The notes beneath the pieces were generated by a model. It did not search any database. It worked only from the letters and a program-made list of their open reading frames with translations, and was not told the origin of the DNA. 64,000 nt of DNA from positions 1 to 64,000 of the forward strand of contig DXJV01000100.1 in the NCBI GenBank assembly GCA_019056785.1. Reading direction: 5' to 3'. The stretch comes from Candidatus Heimdallarchaeota archaeon. GTDB taxonomy: Archaea; Asgardarchaeota; Heimdallarchaeia; JABLTI01. Position numbers and translations under genes: made by a program. Shown here piece by piece: positions 29,659-39,965 of the stretch; the first letter of the stretch is position 1; the number at the start of each line of letters is the position of its first letter.

Positions 29659-30612
29659 ATGGCTAATAGATTATCATTAAATGAAAAAGTAATGCCTTTT
29701 GTTAAAGAGCTTATGAACAACGAACAATTATTGAAAGTTCATGTTACAAAAATCAATGGAGCAACTATCATTGATTGTGGACTCGAGGCCGAAGGGAGCA
29801 TTAAAGCGGGGTTACTCTTTACAAAAATAACGCTGGGAGGAATGGGAGATGTGCAAATTCTTTTTCCGACAGATGCAAAACAGAGTCCATTTCCAGTTGT
29901 TCAAGTGATGACCTCACACCCTGTACTAGCAACATTAGGATGTCAAGCAGCAAGCTGGAATATCAACAAAGAAGGCTTTTTCGGAATGGCTTCCGGGCCG
30001 GGAAGGGTACTAGCCCAGAAGCCTTCGAAAATATTCAAAAAAATCAACTATACAGAAGAAAATAAGACTGCTGTTCTTTGTATTGAGTCAGCCACCTATC
30101 CCTCAGAAGAAGTTATTGACTATCTGGCAAAAAAATGTGCCGTTCAAAAAGAAAACCTCTACCTCTTGCTGATCAAAACAGCAAGCATAGTAGAATATAT
30201 TCAAATGGCAGCTCGTGCAATTGAATTGGGAATGTTTCGCCTGGTGGAGCAATTAAACTATCCTAAAGAACATATTCTATATGCTCTTGGTGCCGGAAGG
30301 ATTCCTCCATTTATTGCCGAGGAAGAACGCTCCAACGATAGAATAAACAACGCATTAATTTATGGTACAGAGCTGTATCTTATTATCCGCTCAGAACCAG
30401 AGGATGACATAGAAAAACTTGTAGAAAAGATGATTTCAAAAGCATCGGAAAATTATGGCAAGAGATTTCTTACTGTCTTTAATGAAGCTGGGGGGACATT
30501 CGAAAATTTCGACCTGTCACTATTAGCACCTACCGAAGTGATCATAAATGACAGCCGAACAGGAAAGCTGTTTCAAGCAGGGGAAATAAACCTCAAACAA
30601 CTAAAAGACTAA
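29659..30612 (+). CDS. mch: Methenyltetrahydromethanopterin cyclohydrolase
   Basis: IDCG, LGCQAASW, SGPGRVLA, AARAIE, NNALIYG, YGKRF, LLAP, RTGK. Confidence 0.88.
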   Translation: MANRLSLNEKVMPFVKELMNNEQLLKVHVTKINGATIIDCGLEAEGSIKAGLLFTKITLGGMGDVQILFPTDAKQSPFPVVQVMTSHPVLATLGCQAASWNINKEGFFGMASGPGRVLAQKPSKIFKKINYTEENKTAVLCIESATYPSEEVIDYLAKKCAVQKENLYLLLIKTASIVEYIQMAARAIELGMFRLVEQLNYPKEHILYALGAGRIPPFIAEEERSNDRINNALIYGTELYLIIRSEPEDDIEKLVEKMISKASENYGKRFLTVFNEAGGTFENFDLSLLAPTEVIINDSRTGKLFQAGEINLKQLKD

Positions 30613-30716
30613 CTAACACGAAACAATAACAATTTCCGCTGCCGCATGAATTAAGAGAGGACAATAGACTCGAGGCACATGCTCCAGAAAAGCCGACCGA
30701 AAAGGAAAGACGAAGC

Positions 30717-31238
30717 TTAGACTTTTTCTTTTTCTTCCTCAGGTAGAATGGGCTGCTCGTCCAGGGGTAGCCTTTCAGATTTCGGTTGAGCTTCGACAAT
30801 CTTATCGACAATTTCCATGCCGTGAGTTAAGGAGTAAACAGAGAGATCAAAACTAAGGAGTCCTTTGTTGGTCATAATAAGGAGGGATTTTATCTTCTTT
30901 AAGAAGCCATCTTTTCCTTTTATGTTTGCCCTGCCAACCGAAATAACTTCAGACCAGCTGACGCGTTTCCAGATAAACCGTTGGCGATATTTGATCATTT
31001 CCTCATCGATGTGTAAGCGTAAGGAAGCAATTTTCAAAATGCGATAAAGTGAGAAGAAGATGAAGAGAGCGCCAATAAATATTGCAGCGAACATGACCAT
31101 ATCATTGTCTACAAAAAGTAATGTTCCTATAAGTGTCGAAATACCAATAATCAAACCAGAAATTGGCAAAAGAGCCTTTCGCAATCGTTCCCGTAAAGAA
31201 GGGGACAATTCGAGGGGTTGATCTTTAATATTGACCAT
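30717..31238 (-). CDS. Membrane protein with a bacterial PH-like domain
   Basis: Two TMs followed by LHIDEEMIKY...VSWSEVISV. Confidence 0.65.
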   Translation of the reverse strand: MVNIKDQPLELSPSLRERLRKALLPISGLIIGISTLIGTLLFVDNDMVMFAAIFIGALFIFFSLYRILKIASLRLHIDEEMIKYRQRFIWKRVSWSEVISVGRANIKGKDGFLKKIKSLLIMTNKGLLSFDLSVYSLTHGMEIVDKIVEAQPKSERLPLDEQPILPEEEKEKV

Positions 31239-31480
31239 TAACTTTTCTCCTGTTACAGGTTAATGCCATATTACGTATTATATGTAATGTCTCAGCCTAT
31301 AGTTTAAACCTTTCGGAATCTTTCGAAAAAGCGGTAAGAAAACAGATTTGTGCTTTTCACACCATTCTCTTTGCCATTTCTTTGTTAGGAACTGCTTAAC
31401 AAAGATTTTTAAAAAAAATCCAGTATATAAAAAGTGGTTTCCCATTTATTTGGTGATTCTAATCATTCAAGGTAATTACT

Positions 31481-33346
31481 ATGTTAAAATTTCGAAATGA
31501 GTTTATCATGGCCCCGATAAAAACGGGCTATAGTGATGGCATGGGAAATGTTACTCCCCGCCATTTATCGTTTTATACAAAACGTGCCGAATATTTAGGC
31601 GCGATTATTTTAGAACCACTCTACTTGGACAAACGCTTGCGAGAAATACCCACGCAAATTGGCATTGATTCAGATGAGAAAATTGCTGGTTTAACAAAGT
31701 TAAATGAGGCAATCCACGAGAAAGGCTGTAGCGTTATTGCGCATCTCAACCATCCGGGAAGAATGGCCAATCCTAAAATTCCCGGGAATATTTATTGGTC
31801 GTCTGTGGCAAAGGCCTGTGAAAACGGAGGAAAAACGCCCATAGCAATTGACCAAGAAAAAATGGCTATTGTGCGAGAGCAATTCGTTGCTGCGGCGCGT
31901 CGCGCCGAGCAAGCAAAATTTGATGCAATCGAATTGCAATTTGGCCATGGGTATTTGTTGGCACAATTCCTTTCTCCGGCAGTGAATACAAGAACAGATG
32001 AATATGGCGGGAGTTTTTCCAATCGTATGAAATTCCCCCTCGAAATTCTCTCCGCAGTAAAGGATGCCACCTCTCTGCCGATCATCGCTCGCATCAGCGG
32101 TGATGAAATGATCCTCAATGGTTTGAGCATTACTGATATGATTGCCTTCTCTAAAAAGCTTAAAGAAGCAAGCGTAGAAGCGATTCATGTTTCTGCTGGA
32201 ACCATTTGTACGTCTCCGCCTTGGTTTTTCCAACATATGTTTGTTCCTAAAGGGAAAACATGGGCACTTGCTTCTGAATTAAAGCAAAATGTTGCACTTC
32301 CTATTATCTTTGTAGGGCAAGTAAACACTACCATGGATATTGACTTTTTGTTGCGGGATAAAAAAGCTGATTTTATTGCTATTGGTCGTGCTCTTGTGGC
32401 TGACCCGGATTTCATTGGGAAGTATCTTGGGAAAGTTAAAGGGACAATCATGCCTTGTTTAGCGTGTGTTGAAGGTTGTTTAGGTGGCGTTAAAAAAGGG
32501 AAAGGCCTTCAATGTCTCGTGAATCCCACGGTGGATAAAAACAATCTTGAAGACCCCCTAACACCAGTTATAAAAAAGAAGAAATACGCAGTCATAGGGG
32601 GCGGTGTGGCTGGTATGGAAGCCGCTTGCATCCTAAAGGAACGAGGACACGATGTTGACCTCTTTGAAAAAAACACCCTAGGTGGGCAGTTTCGCTATGC
32701 CCATTTAACACCAAAGAAGAAATCAATGGAAAAACTCATCCCAGCTTTTATCGAACGCCTTACAACTGACCAAGTCTCAATCATTCACAAAGAAGCAAAC
32801 GCAAACGATTTACTCGGCAAATATGATGCTGCAATCATTGCAACGGGTTCACGACCCAAAATCCCAGACATCAAGGGGTTGGAAAAGTATTATTGGTCAG
32901 AAATTATGGAGGAGGACAAGCTCCCTTCAGGCAAGAAAATCATGATTATTGGCGGGGGGCTCATTGGTGTTGACATTGCAACTGCACTCATTCAAAAAGG
33001 CAATCAAGTCATCCTCGTAAAGCGAAGCACAGACTTTGGAACCCACATGGAGATGATTGCTAAAAATCTCTCTCTAAAAATGTTGAAAGAAAAAAACACG
33101 GTTTTCAGCGACCACACCTTCATTCAAGAAATCAACAGCTCGACAGTTCGCGCAATAAGAGAGGAAAAAGAAATTGTATTTGAGGGGATAGATGCCTATG
33201 TTGTTTCAGTAGGCATGGAAAGCTATCGTCCTTTAGCAAAGGAACTCGAGGGCAAAATGCCAGTCCATATTATTGGCGATGCCAGAGAGGTCGGGGATGC
33301 ACAGGCAGCAATTCGCAGCGCTTTTGAGTTAGCTTGTTCTTTATGA
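31481..33346 (+). CDS. NADH:flavin oxidoreductase (OYE / 2,4-dienoyl-CoA reductase family)
   Basis: MAP, HPGR, HGYLLAQFLSP...RTDEYGGS, CLACVEGC...CLVNP, GGGVAG, GGGLIG. Confidence 0.94.
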   Translation: MLKFRNEFIMAPIKTGYSDGMGNVTPRHLSFYTKRAEYLGAIILEPLYLDKRLREIPTQIGIDSDEKIAGLTKLNEAIHEKGCSVIAHLNHPGRMANPKIPGNIYWSSVAKACENGGKTPIAIDQEKMAIVREQFVAAARRAEQAKFDAIELQFGHGYLLAQFLSPAVNTRTDEYGGSFSNRMKFPLEILSAVKDATSLPIIARISGDEMILNGLSITDMIAFSKKLKEASVEAIHVSAGTICTSPPWFFQHMFVPKGKTWALASELKQNVALPIIFVGQVNTTMDIDFLLRDKKADFIAIGRALVADPDFIGKYLGKVKGTIMPCLACVEGCLGGVKKGKGLQCLVNPTVDKNNLEDPLTPVIKKKKYAVIGGGVAGMEAACILKERGHDVDLFEKNTLGGQFRYAHLTPKKKSMEKLIPAFIERLTTDQVSIIHKEANANDLLGKYDAAIIATGSRPKIPDIKGLEKYYWSEIMEEDKLPSGKKIMIIGGGLIGVDIATALIQKGNQVILVKRSTDFGTHMEMIAKNLSLKMLKEKNTVFSDHTFIQEINSSTVRAIREEKEIVFEGIDAYVVSVGMESYRPLAKELEGKMPVHIIGDAREVGDAQAAIRSAFELACSL

Positions 33347-33491
33347 AAGCTTACTCTTCCTTCTCTTTTTTTCCATGCAAACTGCTCACAATATCACAAC
33401 TTATCTTAAAGGAAAAAGATAATTTTTGATGACAACAAAGGCTATTAATAGTGAATAGTGCTGTTTGGTGCTATTAATGAAGTGACCGCTT

Positions 33492-34787
33492 ATGCCTGAA
33501 ACACTGCGTTCTTCAACAACTAGACGTCAAGCACTCTTTTGGCTTGACCCCTATCTTTTCGAATTTAGAACGAGAATTAAAGCGCTCCCAGCAAAAAACG
33601 AAGTTCTTCTCGAACAAACAGCTTTTTATCCTGGCGGCGGGGGCCAACCTGCAGACTCTGGAGTGTTGCTCTTACAAAGTAATCCTCGAGTTTCTTTTCG
33701 TGTCGTTGCCGTTGAAAAAAAGGGCGATGAAATCAGCCATACTCTTAAGGGGAAAGCGTCTTCTTTACAGCACCTTTCTGTCGGTATAGAAGTTATCGGG
33801 CGCATTGATAAGAAGCGGCGGTTAAACCTCATGGCTGCACACACTTCACAGCATATTCTTTCAGCTATGATTAAGAAAATCGCTGGTATTGAAACCGAGA
33901 AAGTCCATATTGATGAGTCTATTGTAACAGTTTTTCTCCAAGAATCGCTTCCTAAAGAGGTTCTTCGAAAAGCCGTAACAGAAACCAATGCCTTTCTTCT
34001 TTCCGGTAAAAAAGTACAAACGCATTTCTATTCTAAAAATGCTCTCCCCAAAACCGTAGCACAATCATTGCGTGGTAATTTGACCAAAATCCCTCAACAA
34101 ACCGTTCGCGTTGTTCTTGTAGAAGGACTTGATGCCTCCCTCTGTGCAGGGACGCATGTAAAAAACACTAAAGAGATTGGTATTCTTGTTTTAACAGATT
34201 TTCATGGAAAAATCATCCACTACACATTCGGAACACAAGCTTTATCCCTCTTAGCCACTCTAAATGTCGACACTATTTCAATTGCAAAACGCTTGGCGGC
34301 AAAACCAGAAGAAAATGAAAAAAGAATTGCGGCAATTTTAGAAGAATATCAGTTGTTGAAACAACTTAATACTACACTTGCAAAACAACTCGCGAAATAC
34401 CAGATCCCCGAGTTGAAGAAAAAGCCTTTTGTTATTGGCCCATTTACTTTACTTGTTGGTAACTTCGAACATCTCGAACGAAAATTTGTGCTGCAACAGC
34501 TGGGGCCCCTTGAGAAGAATACCATTGTCCTTCTCATTGTCAAAGGCCCACTGTTGGTTCTCTTATCGAACGTTAAAGACCTTGCCGCCAACGAATTACT
34601 GGCTCTTTATTGTAAGCAAACAAAAGTAAAAGGGGGCGGGTCACAAACCATTGCTCAAGCAGCCATTCCTGAAAGTGAAACTACTACTGCTTTGGCTCTT
34701 GCACAAGAACTTATTTTGAAGGTCCTGAAGGATAATCCCTCTTCTAAAACAGCCGGCGCCGCTTCGGAAAACACACCCCAAGTTTAA
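33492..34787 (+). CDS. AlaX-type tRNA editing protein with DHHA1/C-Ala domain
   Basis: TAFYPGGGGQPADSG, HTSQHILS, CAGTHV, KGGGS...AQA. Confidence 0.9.
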   Translation: MPETLRSSTTRRQALFWLDPYLFEFRTRIKALPAKNEVLLEQTAFYPGGGGQPADSGVLLLQSNPRVSFRVVAVEKKGDEISHTLKGKASSLQHLSVGIEVIGRIDKKRRLNLMAAHTSQHILSAMIKKIAGIETEKVHIDESIVTVFLQESLPKEVLRKAVTETNAFLLSGKKVQTHFYSKNALPKTVAQSLRGNLTKIPQQTVRVVLVEGLDASLCAGTHVKNTKEIGILVLTDFHGKIIHYTFGTQALSLLATLNVDTISIAKRLAAKPEENEKRIAAILEEYQLLKQLNTTLAKQLAKYQIPELKKKPFVIGPFTLLVGNFEHLERKFVLQQLGPLEKNTIVLLIVKGPLLVLLSNVKDLAANELLALYCKQTKVKGGGSQTIAQAAIPESETTTALALAQELILKVLKDNPSSKTAGAASENTPQV

Positions 34788-35611
34788 AGCCAATCTTCCT
34801 TTATAATTTTCAAGGCGGTAGGATCGAACCCTTTTACCATTTCTTTGATTAATTCTAATGCATCTGGGCTCACATCCATTTCCACCAACTCGAGTGCTCT
34901 TGTACCGATTTTTGGTTCTTTACTTAATTCAATGAGCATCTTAGCAAAATCGACCAGCATCCCGATTTTCATCTGTGCAGCATAGGCCATTCCTTCCGGC
35001 TCGAGGGTCACAAGGCTTTCTAAGAACTGCTGGCAATAAAGAGATGGTTTCCCGTTCAGTATTTTCTTCTTCTCTAAATCCACAATAACTGCTTTTTTAT
35101 AATTTGATGCAAGGGTTGGTAAAGTTCCAATGATTTTTTTATCAGTTATCAATTTGTCGGTCCATTCTTCGGTCTGGGGGTAGCGACTCGGAGAGAATAA
35201 CTCCAGTGTTCGGACAACACGTTTAACAAAGGTCTTATTAGTCCCTGCAACAATGACGGTTTTGTAGGAGAGTACTGCCTCAATAAGCTGATCGGCGCCT
35301 TTGATCTGTTTCACGAGGAATTTTATATCATCCACTTTTTCAGGGGTCCATTGACCAACTTCCCGCTCCGCCACAAAAGGTGATACGGTTGCTTGCCGGA
35401 CAGTGAAATTTCTGTCAAGGATTATATTCATAACCATTTCTTTATTGTCCTTGCAATGATGGATTGTAGACACTTGATAAAGCCCCCCAATATGGGGCAA
35501 AAGCTCCTTCACAGGTATTTGAAATGCATCCACTTTCTTACAAACATCGCACATTGCTTGAACTGTAATGATTGATTTACTGCTGCTCTTCTCTTTTGAT
35601 TTTTTACTCAT
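34784..35611 (-). CDS. Zn-binding N-terminus plus DENN-like domain
   Basis: CDVC...HHC, then KTVIVAG...VRTLELFSP...IIGT...VIVDLEKKKI resembling the central DENN pattern; tentative. Confidence 0.55.
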   Translation of the reverse strand: MSKKSKEKSSSKSIITVQAMCDVCKKVDAFQIPVKELLPHIGGLYQVSTIHHCKDNKEMVMNIILDRNFTVRQATVSPFVAEREVGQWTPEKVDDIKFLVKQIKGADQLIEAVLSYKTVIVAGTNKTFVKRVVRTLELFSPSRYPQTEEWTDKLITDKKIIGTLPTLASNYKKAVIVDLEKKKILNGKPSLYCQQFLESLVTLEPEGMAYAAQMKIGMLVDFAKMLIELSKEPKIGTRALELVEMDVSPDALELIKEMVKGFDPTALKIIKEDWL

Positions 35612-35916
35612 ATTATTTGCCCACCGGCTGTTTTGTACATTTAATCATTCCTTTTGGAACAATGACTCTTTCCCATTAAAAAATTAACTTTTATGGAAAA
35701 TGACACCAAAAAACATCGAAGAGCTTCCATATCCACCTTACGCTATTGAAGCGATGCTGTTGTGGTGGTTTTCTTTTGGTTTGAGGAAAAATTTAAATCG
35801 GTAGAAGCTGAGTTAACCACATTCCCAACAATACGCCCCGAAATTGGCCTCCAGATGGAACCAAACTTGGGGATGAAAGGAATCCATTCCTACTGATAGG
35901 AAGCTGGTTTATACCT

Positions 35917-37221
35917 ATGACTGAAGTCGAATATGATGTTATAATTGTTGGTGCTGGTTGTGCAGGACCCGCTGCAGCAAAGAAAGCAGCAGAATTAGGA
36001 CTGAAAACGCTCCTTTTAGAAAAATCCCGAACGCCTGGAGAGAAAAATGTTTCGGGGACATGTCTAAACATGGCGGCGCTTGTTGATCCTGATTTACATT
36101 ATCTTATGAAAGGTCCTGTTGAAAGGGAAATTACCGAAATGCATTCGTATATGATTACGCCAGAGCGAACGACGATGTTTCGTGAAACCCCGAGTGAAGG
36201 GTTGATTCTTTTATCGATTCGCCGCGACCACTTCGATGCCTGGCACACGGAAGAAGCTCGCAAAGCCGGTGCAGAGGTCCGCTTAGCAACGACAGTAGTG
36301 GATATCATTGAAGAGAATGATGCGATAAAGGGCGTCATTACTGATAAAGGCGAGAAACTTCGAGCAAAAGTGATTATTGATGCTGCCGGCGTGAATTCCA
36401 TTGTTGGCCGAAAAGCAGGGCTTATTCCCAAGCGCAAAGGAACGGATATGATTCTCTATGTTACGGTGAATGTTCATCTTGGTGAGAAACTGGTCACCGA
36501 ACGTTTTGGCAACTCCATTTACTATTTCCTTGCCCCACAGACTCAATACAAGACTTGGCCATGGGCATTTCCAAAGAAAGACGTTGTCACTTTCGGCACA
36601 GGTGGCTATCTGGATGACAACCTCTTCAAAGATGGCATAAACTCTGTCAACGACTATATGCAGAACCTTTTGGATCTGCCCGTTATTAAAGAGAAAATAA
36701 AAGGGGGAAAAATTGCCTCTTGGGGCTTGCACCTCGAGTTTGATGAGGCATTGGAGCGGCGAACACGTGATGGATTAATCCTCACCGGTGAAGCAGGGGG
36801 ATTTGTGATTCCTTTCTTGGGCGAAGGAATGGTCGAAGCCTTCTTGACAGGCATTTATGCTGCCCAAACCGCAGCTAAAGCCATCGAAGCGAACGATGTT
36901 TCAGCAGCATTTCTAGAAGAACATTTTATGGAATACTATACAGGCAATGTTTTCTTGCAAAGCTTCCGCTATGTAGCTGACTTTAATAAGAAATCCATTC
37001 TCTCTATGCCTGACGAAGAAATCGCAGCAATGATGCAAAATGTCTGCATTGGTGGTGGCTTTATCAGTAACGCAATTCATTACAACTGGATGAAAGGCGC
37101 AGACGAAGACGATATGAGTTTGGTCCAAGAGGCCAAAGATTTCTATGAATTTATCCAGCCATATCGACAAGTTGGTTCGGAATCAGTAGAAATTTATAAA
37201 AAAATGAGGGCTGAAAAATGA
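35917..37221 (+). CDS. Geranylgeranyl reductase/FixC-family FAD-dependent oxidoreductase
   Basis: YDVIIVGAGCAG, PGEKN, RRDHFDAW, DAAGVNS, WAFP, GEAGG...PFLGEGM. Confidence 0.9.
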   Translation: MTEVEYDVIIVGAGCAGPAAAKKAAELGLKTLLLEKSRTPGEKNVSGTCLNMAALVDPDLHYLMKGPVEREITEMHSYMITPERTTMFRETPSEGLILLSIRRDHFDAWHTEEARKAGAEVRLATTVVDIIEENDAIKGVITDKGEKLRAKVIIDAAGVNSIVGRKAGLIPKRKGTDMILYVTVNVHLGEKLVTERFGNSIYYFLAPQTQYKTWPWAFPKKDVVTFGTGGYLDDNLFKDGINSVNDYMQNLLDLPVIKEKIKGGKIASWGLHLEFDEALERRTRDGLILTGEAGGFVIPFLGEGMVEAFLTGIYAAQTAAKAIEANDVSAAFLEEHFMEYYTGNVFLQSFRYVADFNKKSILSMPDEEIAAMMQNVCIGGGFISNAIHYNWMKGADEDDMSLVQEAKDFYEFIQPYRQVGSESVEIYKKMRAEK

Positions 37222-37478
37222 AGGTCGAAATGAAAGTTGACTATTATCCCGGCGACCCCGGAGAGTTTGTGCGAGTCGATGAAAGCAAATGTACCGGTTG
37301 TGGCGAATGCGCCAAATTCTGTACACGAAATGTATGGGTACAAGATGGCAAGATCTTTCGCCCAAAGAACTTGAAAGCATGTGTCGAATGTGGTGCTTGC
37401 TGGAATGTTTGTGAGTTTGACGCAGTCATTTTTGAAGAACCAAAAGGAGGAACTGGTGTAAGATTTGAATATGGATAG
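37218..37478 (+). CDS. 2[4Fe-4S] ferredoxin (FixX-like); 3' end apparently supplied by the inserted islet
   Basis: CTGCGECAKFC and CVECGACWNVC; ATGA overlap with the upstream reductase. Confidence 0.93.
   Translation: MKVEMKVDYYPGDPGEFVRVDESKCTGCGECAKFCTRNVWVQDGKIFRPKNLKACVECGACWNVCEFDAVIFEEPKGGTGVRFEYG
37392..37478 (+). repeat. Left copy of 87-bp imperfect direct repeat (ferredoxin 3' end)
   Basis: 72/87 identical to 39868-39954; first 23 nt identical (GGTGCTTGCTGGAATGTTTGTGA). Confidence 0.95.
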
Positions 37479-37494
37479 AGTTTCCTATCCATTT

Positions 37495-37806
37495 CTATTT
37501 TACTAATTCTCCTTTGAATGCTTTGTGAAGAATGGATTGTTTAAGTTCTTTAATATTTTCAGCCGCTTTAGTGGATTTTTCTAATATTTATTTTTTCTTT
37601 TCAAAAATAGTGTCAAAAAATAATACTAAATTTTTTTGTTGGTTTTTATCAATTACATCATCTATTGTAGGCAGAGGTATTTTCATCGACTTTAAATTAT
37701 TCTGAGCTATACCTCCTTGTGTTGAACCATGAAATTTGTTTGCAAATTGATCTTGACCAAGATATGAAAATAAAACGTAAGAAGCATAATGTTTTGATTT
37801 TAACAC
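37495..37806 (-). pseudogene. hsdS: Type I R-M specificity subunit (HsdS) C-terminal fragment
   Basis: GSTQGGI...LKSMKIPLP, in-frame TAA at 37588, then LKQSILHKAFKGELVK*; 5' part missing. Confidence 0.8.
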
Positions 37807-37925
37807 AAAGTAGGAAAGATCTTCCGGTAGACGTACAAGGAATGTTAGTTGAGCATTTTAATATTGATGATCCATATAATGATATTTATACAAAAGTAAA
37901 AAAATTGGTTAAAAGGTATAAGTGA
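37719..37925 (+). pseudogene. C-terminal fragment of a TIR/nucleoside-deoxyribosyltransferase-like protein
   Basis: NVLILTQSRKDLPVDVQG resembles the LPxD motif of such domains; N-terminus overlaps the hsdS fragment. Confidence 0.35.
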
Positions 37926-37943
37926 GAAACAGACATTAGATTC

Positions 37944-38785
37944 CTAGGAGATATTTAACATTATTTTAATTTTCTCTAATCTACTTTTATCTTTGATGAA
38001 ATAATCGAATACCTTTTCAATAGAAATAAATCTTATTTGCGGAAAATCATTCTTTTTAAATTTCTCAGTTTCCTTTGGTGCAAAGAAAAATAAAATTGTA
38101 TCATTATTAGATATTGAATCCTGTAAAGATTGTAATTTATTAATTATTGTTTTTTTATTTTCTGCAAAAGTTACTTGAGCACAGATTCTGATATTTTCTT
38201 TATTTAAACCATAAATATCAAAATCTTTCTGCCCCCTTCCAATAGGTTGAAGAAGAAATTCTATTTCTTCTTTGCTTTTTAAAATTCATAACAGATAATT
38301 TCTAATTGTTCGGGAGAAAGCGATTTAACTTCTAAAGGTAATTCTTTTTCATAATAGAAATATCTCAAAACTTTAGATACTTTTGACCACTCTTTTATAG
38401 TTCCCCTAGGTTGACTGGATTGGAAGATAGGATAATCCATAAAAGAAACTTCTCTAAAACTACTTAATTGCATTGTTTTAAGTTTATATTCATTCTTTTT
38501 CAAACAACCTATTTTTGTACCTTTTGTGATTTTACCTACAAGTATAGCATCTTTTCTTATTCGTCTAAAATCAGCAGCGACTATAGCACCTTCTTTTGAC
38601 ATTTTGTGCATCAAATCAAATGCAAATTTTACTTCTCTAAAATTTTTTTTATATTTGTTAGGATTTGTGCTACATATATTCTCATAATGAATTGCTATTT
38701 TTTTTTCATCCCATAATTTTTCAAGTAAATCTTTTGGAACTGAGATATTGTGTCTTATAAAAACTATAATTTCCTCTTTGTCCAT
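37944..38785 (-). pseudogene. Mrr-like PD-(D/E)XK restriction endonuclease, frameshifted
   Basis: LSPEQLEIICYEF* continues in the -1 frame as LKSKEE...PIGRGQKDFDIYG...AQVT to TAG at 37944; apparent 1-nt loss near 38280. Confidence 0.75.
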
Positions 38786-38790
38786 AATAT

Positions 38791-39048
38791 CTAATCGATT
38801 TTTCTACATTTAAAATATTTATCATCAAAAAGTAAAGCGCCTTCCCCACGATCTGTTCTACCAAGAAAAATCTCATAATCGAATTCTACAAGATAAGGAT
38901 AATCCATTATTGTTGGAAATTCTTTTTGATATTTAACAATAAAAGATTTCAAAAGTGTTTCATCATCAACGGGTCCTTGAACTCTGCACCAAATTTCTTT
39001 TCTAACATGTTTATCATAAATAGCTAATTGCTTGTTTTTTATCATCAA
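38791..39048 (-). CDS. Hypothetical protein, possibly a truncated nuclease fragment
   Basis: Islet-like codon usage; co-oriented 5 nt upstream of the Mrr-like gene. Confidence 0.45.
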   Translation of the reverse strand: MMIKNKQLAIYDKHVRKEIWCRVQGPVDDETLLKSFIVKYQKEFPTIMDYPYLVEFDYEIFLGRTDRGEGALLFDDKYFKCRKID

Positions 39049-39867
39049 ATCATTTCCTTAAGAAAAAAATTATGATTGATATTAAGCTCTCAATCCACCA
39101 CTAAATTTCGCTTCAAAAAGTTTTTTACTTATTTTGAATCCTTAGTTTGAAGGCCATCATGTAATGGCTTGAAATTTGACCGGCTGTTTTTTGAGCAATA
39201 GTCCAGATAACCCAATCAAAACGATCCTTACAAGCAGGATCATACACCGAAAAAGAAGGAAAAGTAAAGATAGGATAAGAGAAAAAAGAGTAATTTTTGG
39301 GTTACGAGTAAAATAAAGACCTATGACTTTACCGGCAGGATAAGGAACAAGAAAAGTATGCTTGTGAGTGGTTACATCTGGCATATCAAACATTAATTTA
39401 GACATTTCAAAATAAATATCTGTTAAAGGATTATGTATAATAAGCTGTTTTTGATGTAAAGAAGAATTCTTGAAACTATTTCGATAGAATTGTTTAATGA
39501 ACTCATGAGTTAATTTTTCTCGACCAATAGTCTTAGCTTCTTCAGTTGAAGAAATAATACTAGTAATTATTTCAGAAACTTGAGCAGTAAAAAAAAGAGA
39601 TTGCTGAATCAATAAGTTGAACTAAATCAGAAGATTTCATAGTAAATACATCCCTATACCAAAAGAATAACCTCAGAGGAAAAAATAATGGTTGCGAGAG
39701 GAAAAAAAGGAACTCTTCTCAGAAAAAGAAAACAGATGAGAAGAGAAGAAGGAAAAAGGATAAAAAGGAGAAAAAAGAACATAAAAACATCAATGCAACA
39801 AAAAGAAAAACGCTTCTCAAATGAGAAGAGAAGGAGAAGATTCCAAATGAAGAAAGAAAACCTGTAC

Positions 39868-39954
39868 GGTGCTTGCTGGAATGTTTGTGAATTTGACGCC
39901 GTCATTTTCGAAGAACCGAAAGGCCGTACCGGTGTTCGCTTTACTTATGGTTAG
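39868..39954 (+). repeat. Right copy: displaced original ferredoxin 3' end
   Basis: Encodes GACWNVCEFDAVIFEEPKGRTGVRFTYG* with host-like codons (ggc cgt acc cgc); directly followed by the GGAGG RBS of the SCP2 gene. Confidence 0.93.
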
Positions 39955-39965
39955 GAGGACTTCAA

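Larger units (their letters stand above)
37479..39867. mobile_element. Decayed AT-rich defence islet integrated into the ferredoxin gene
   Basis: Abrupt AT enrichment, R-M fragments, bounded by the duplicated gene end; no integrase visible. Confidence 0.8.

Noticed and set aside
38270-38290. Programmed -1 frameshift at TTTTAAAAA in the Mrr-like gene
   Set aside because: The heptamer is not in the X XXY YYZ register of the zero frame, and neighbouring genes are also decayed.
39157-39612. 151-aa ORF in the islet
   Set aside because: No recognisable motif and a low-complexity C-terminus; possibly a shadow or remnant.
39688-39954. 88-aa Lys/Arg-rich ORF fused to the ferredoxin tail
   Set aside because: The N-terminal part is a purine-rich low-complexity tract; it is a chance in-frame read into the displaced gene end.
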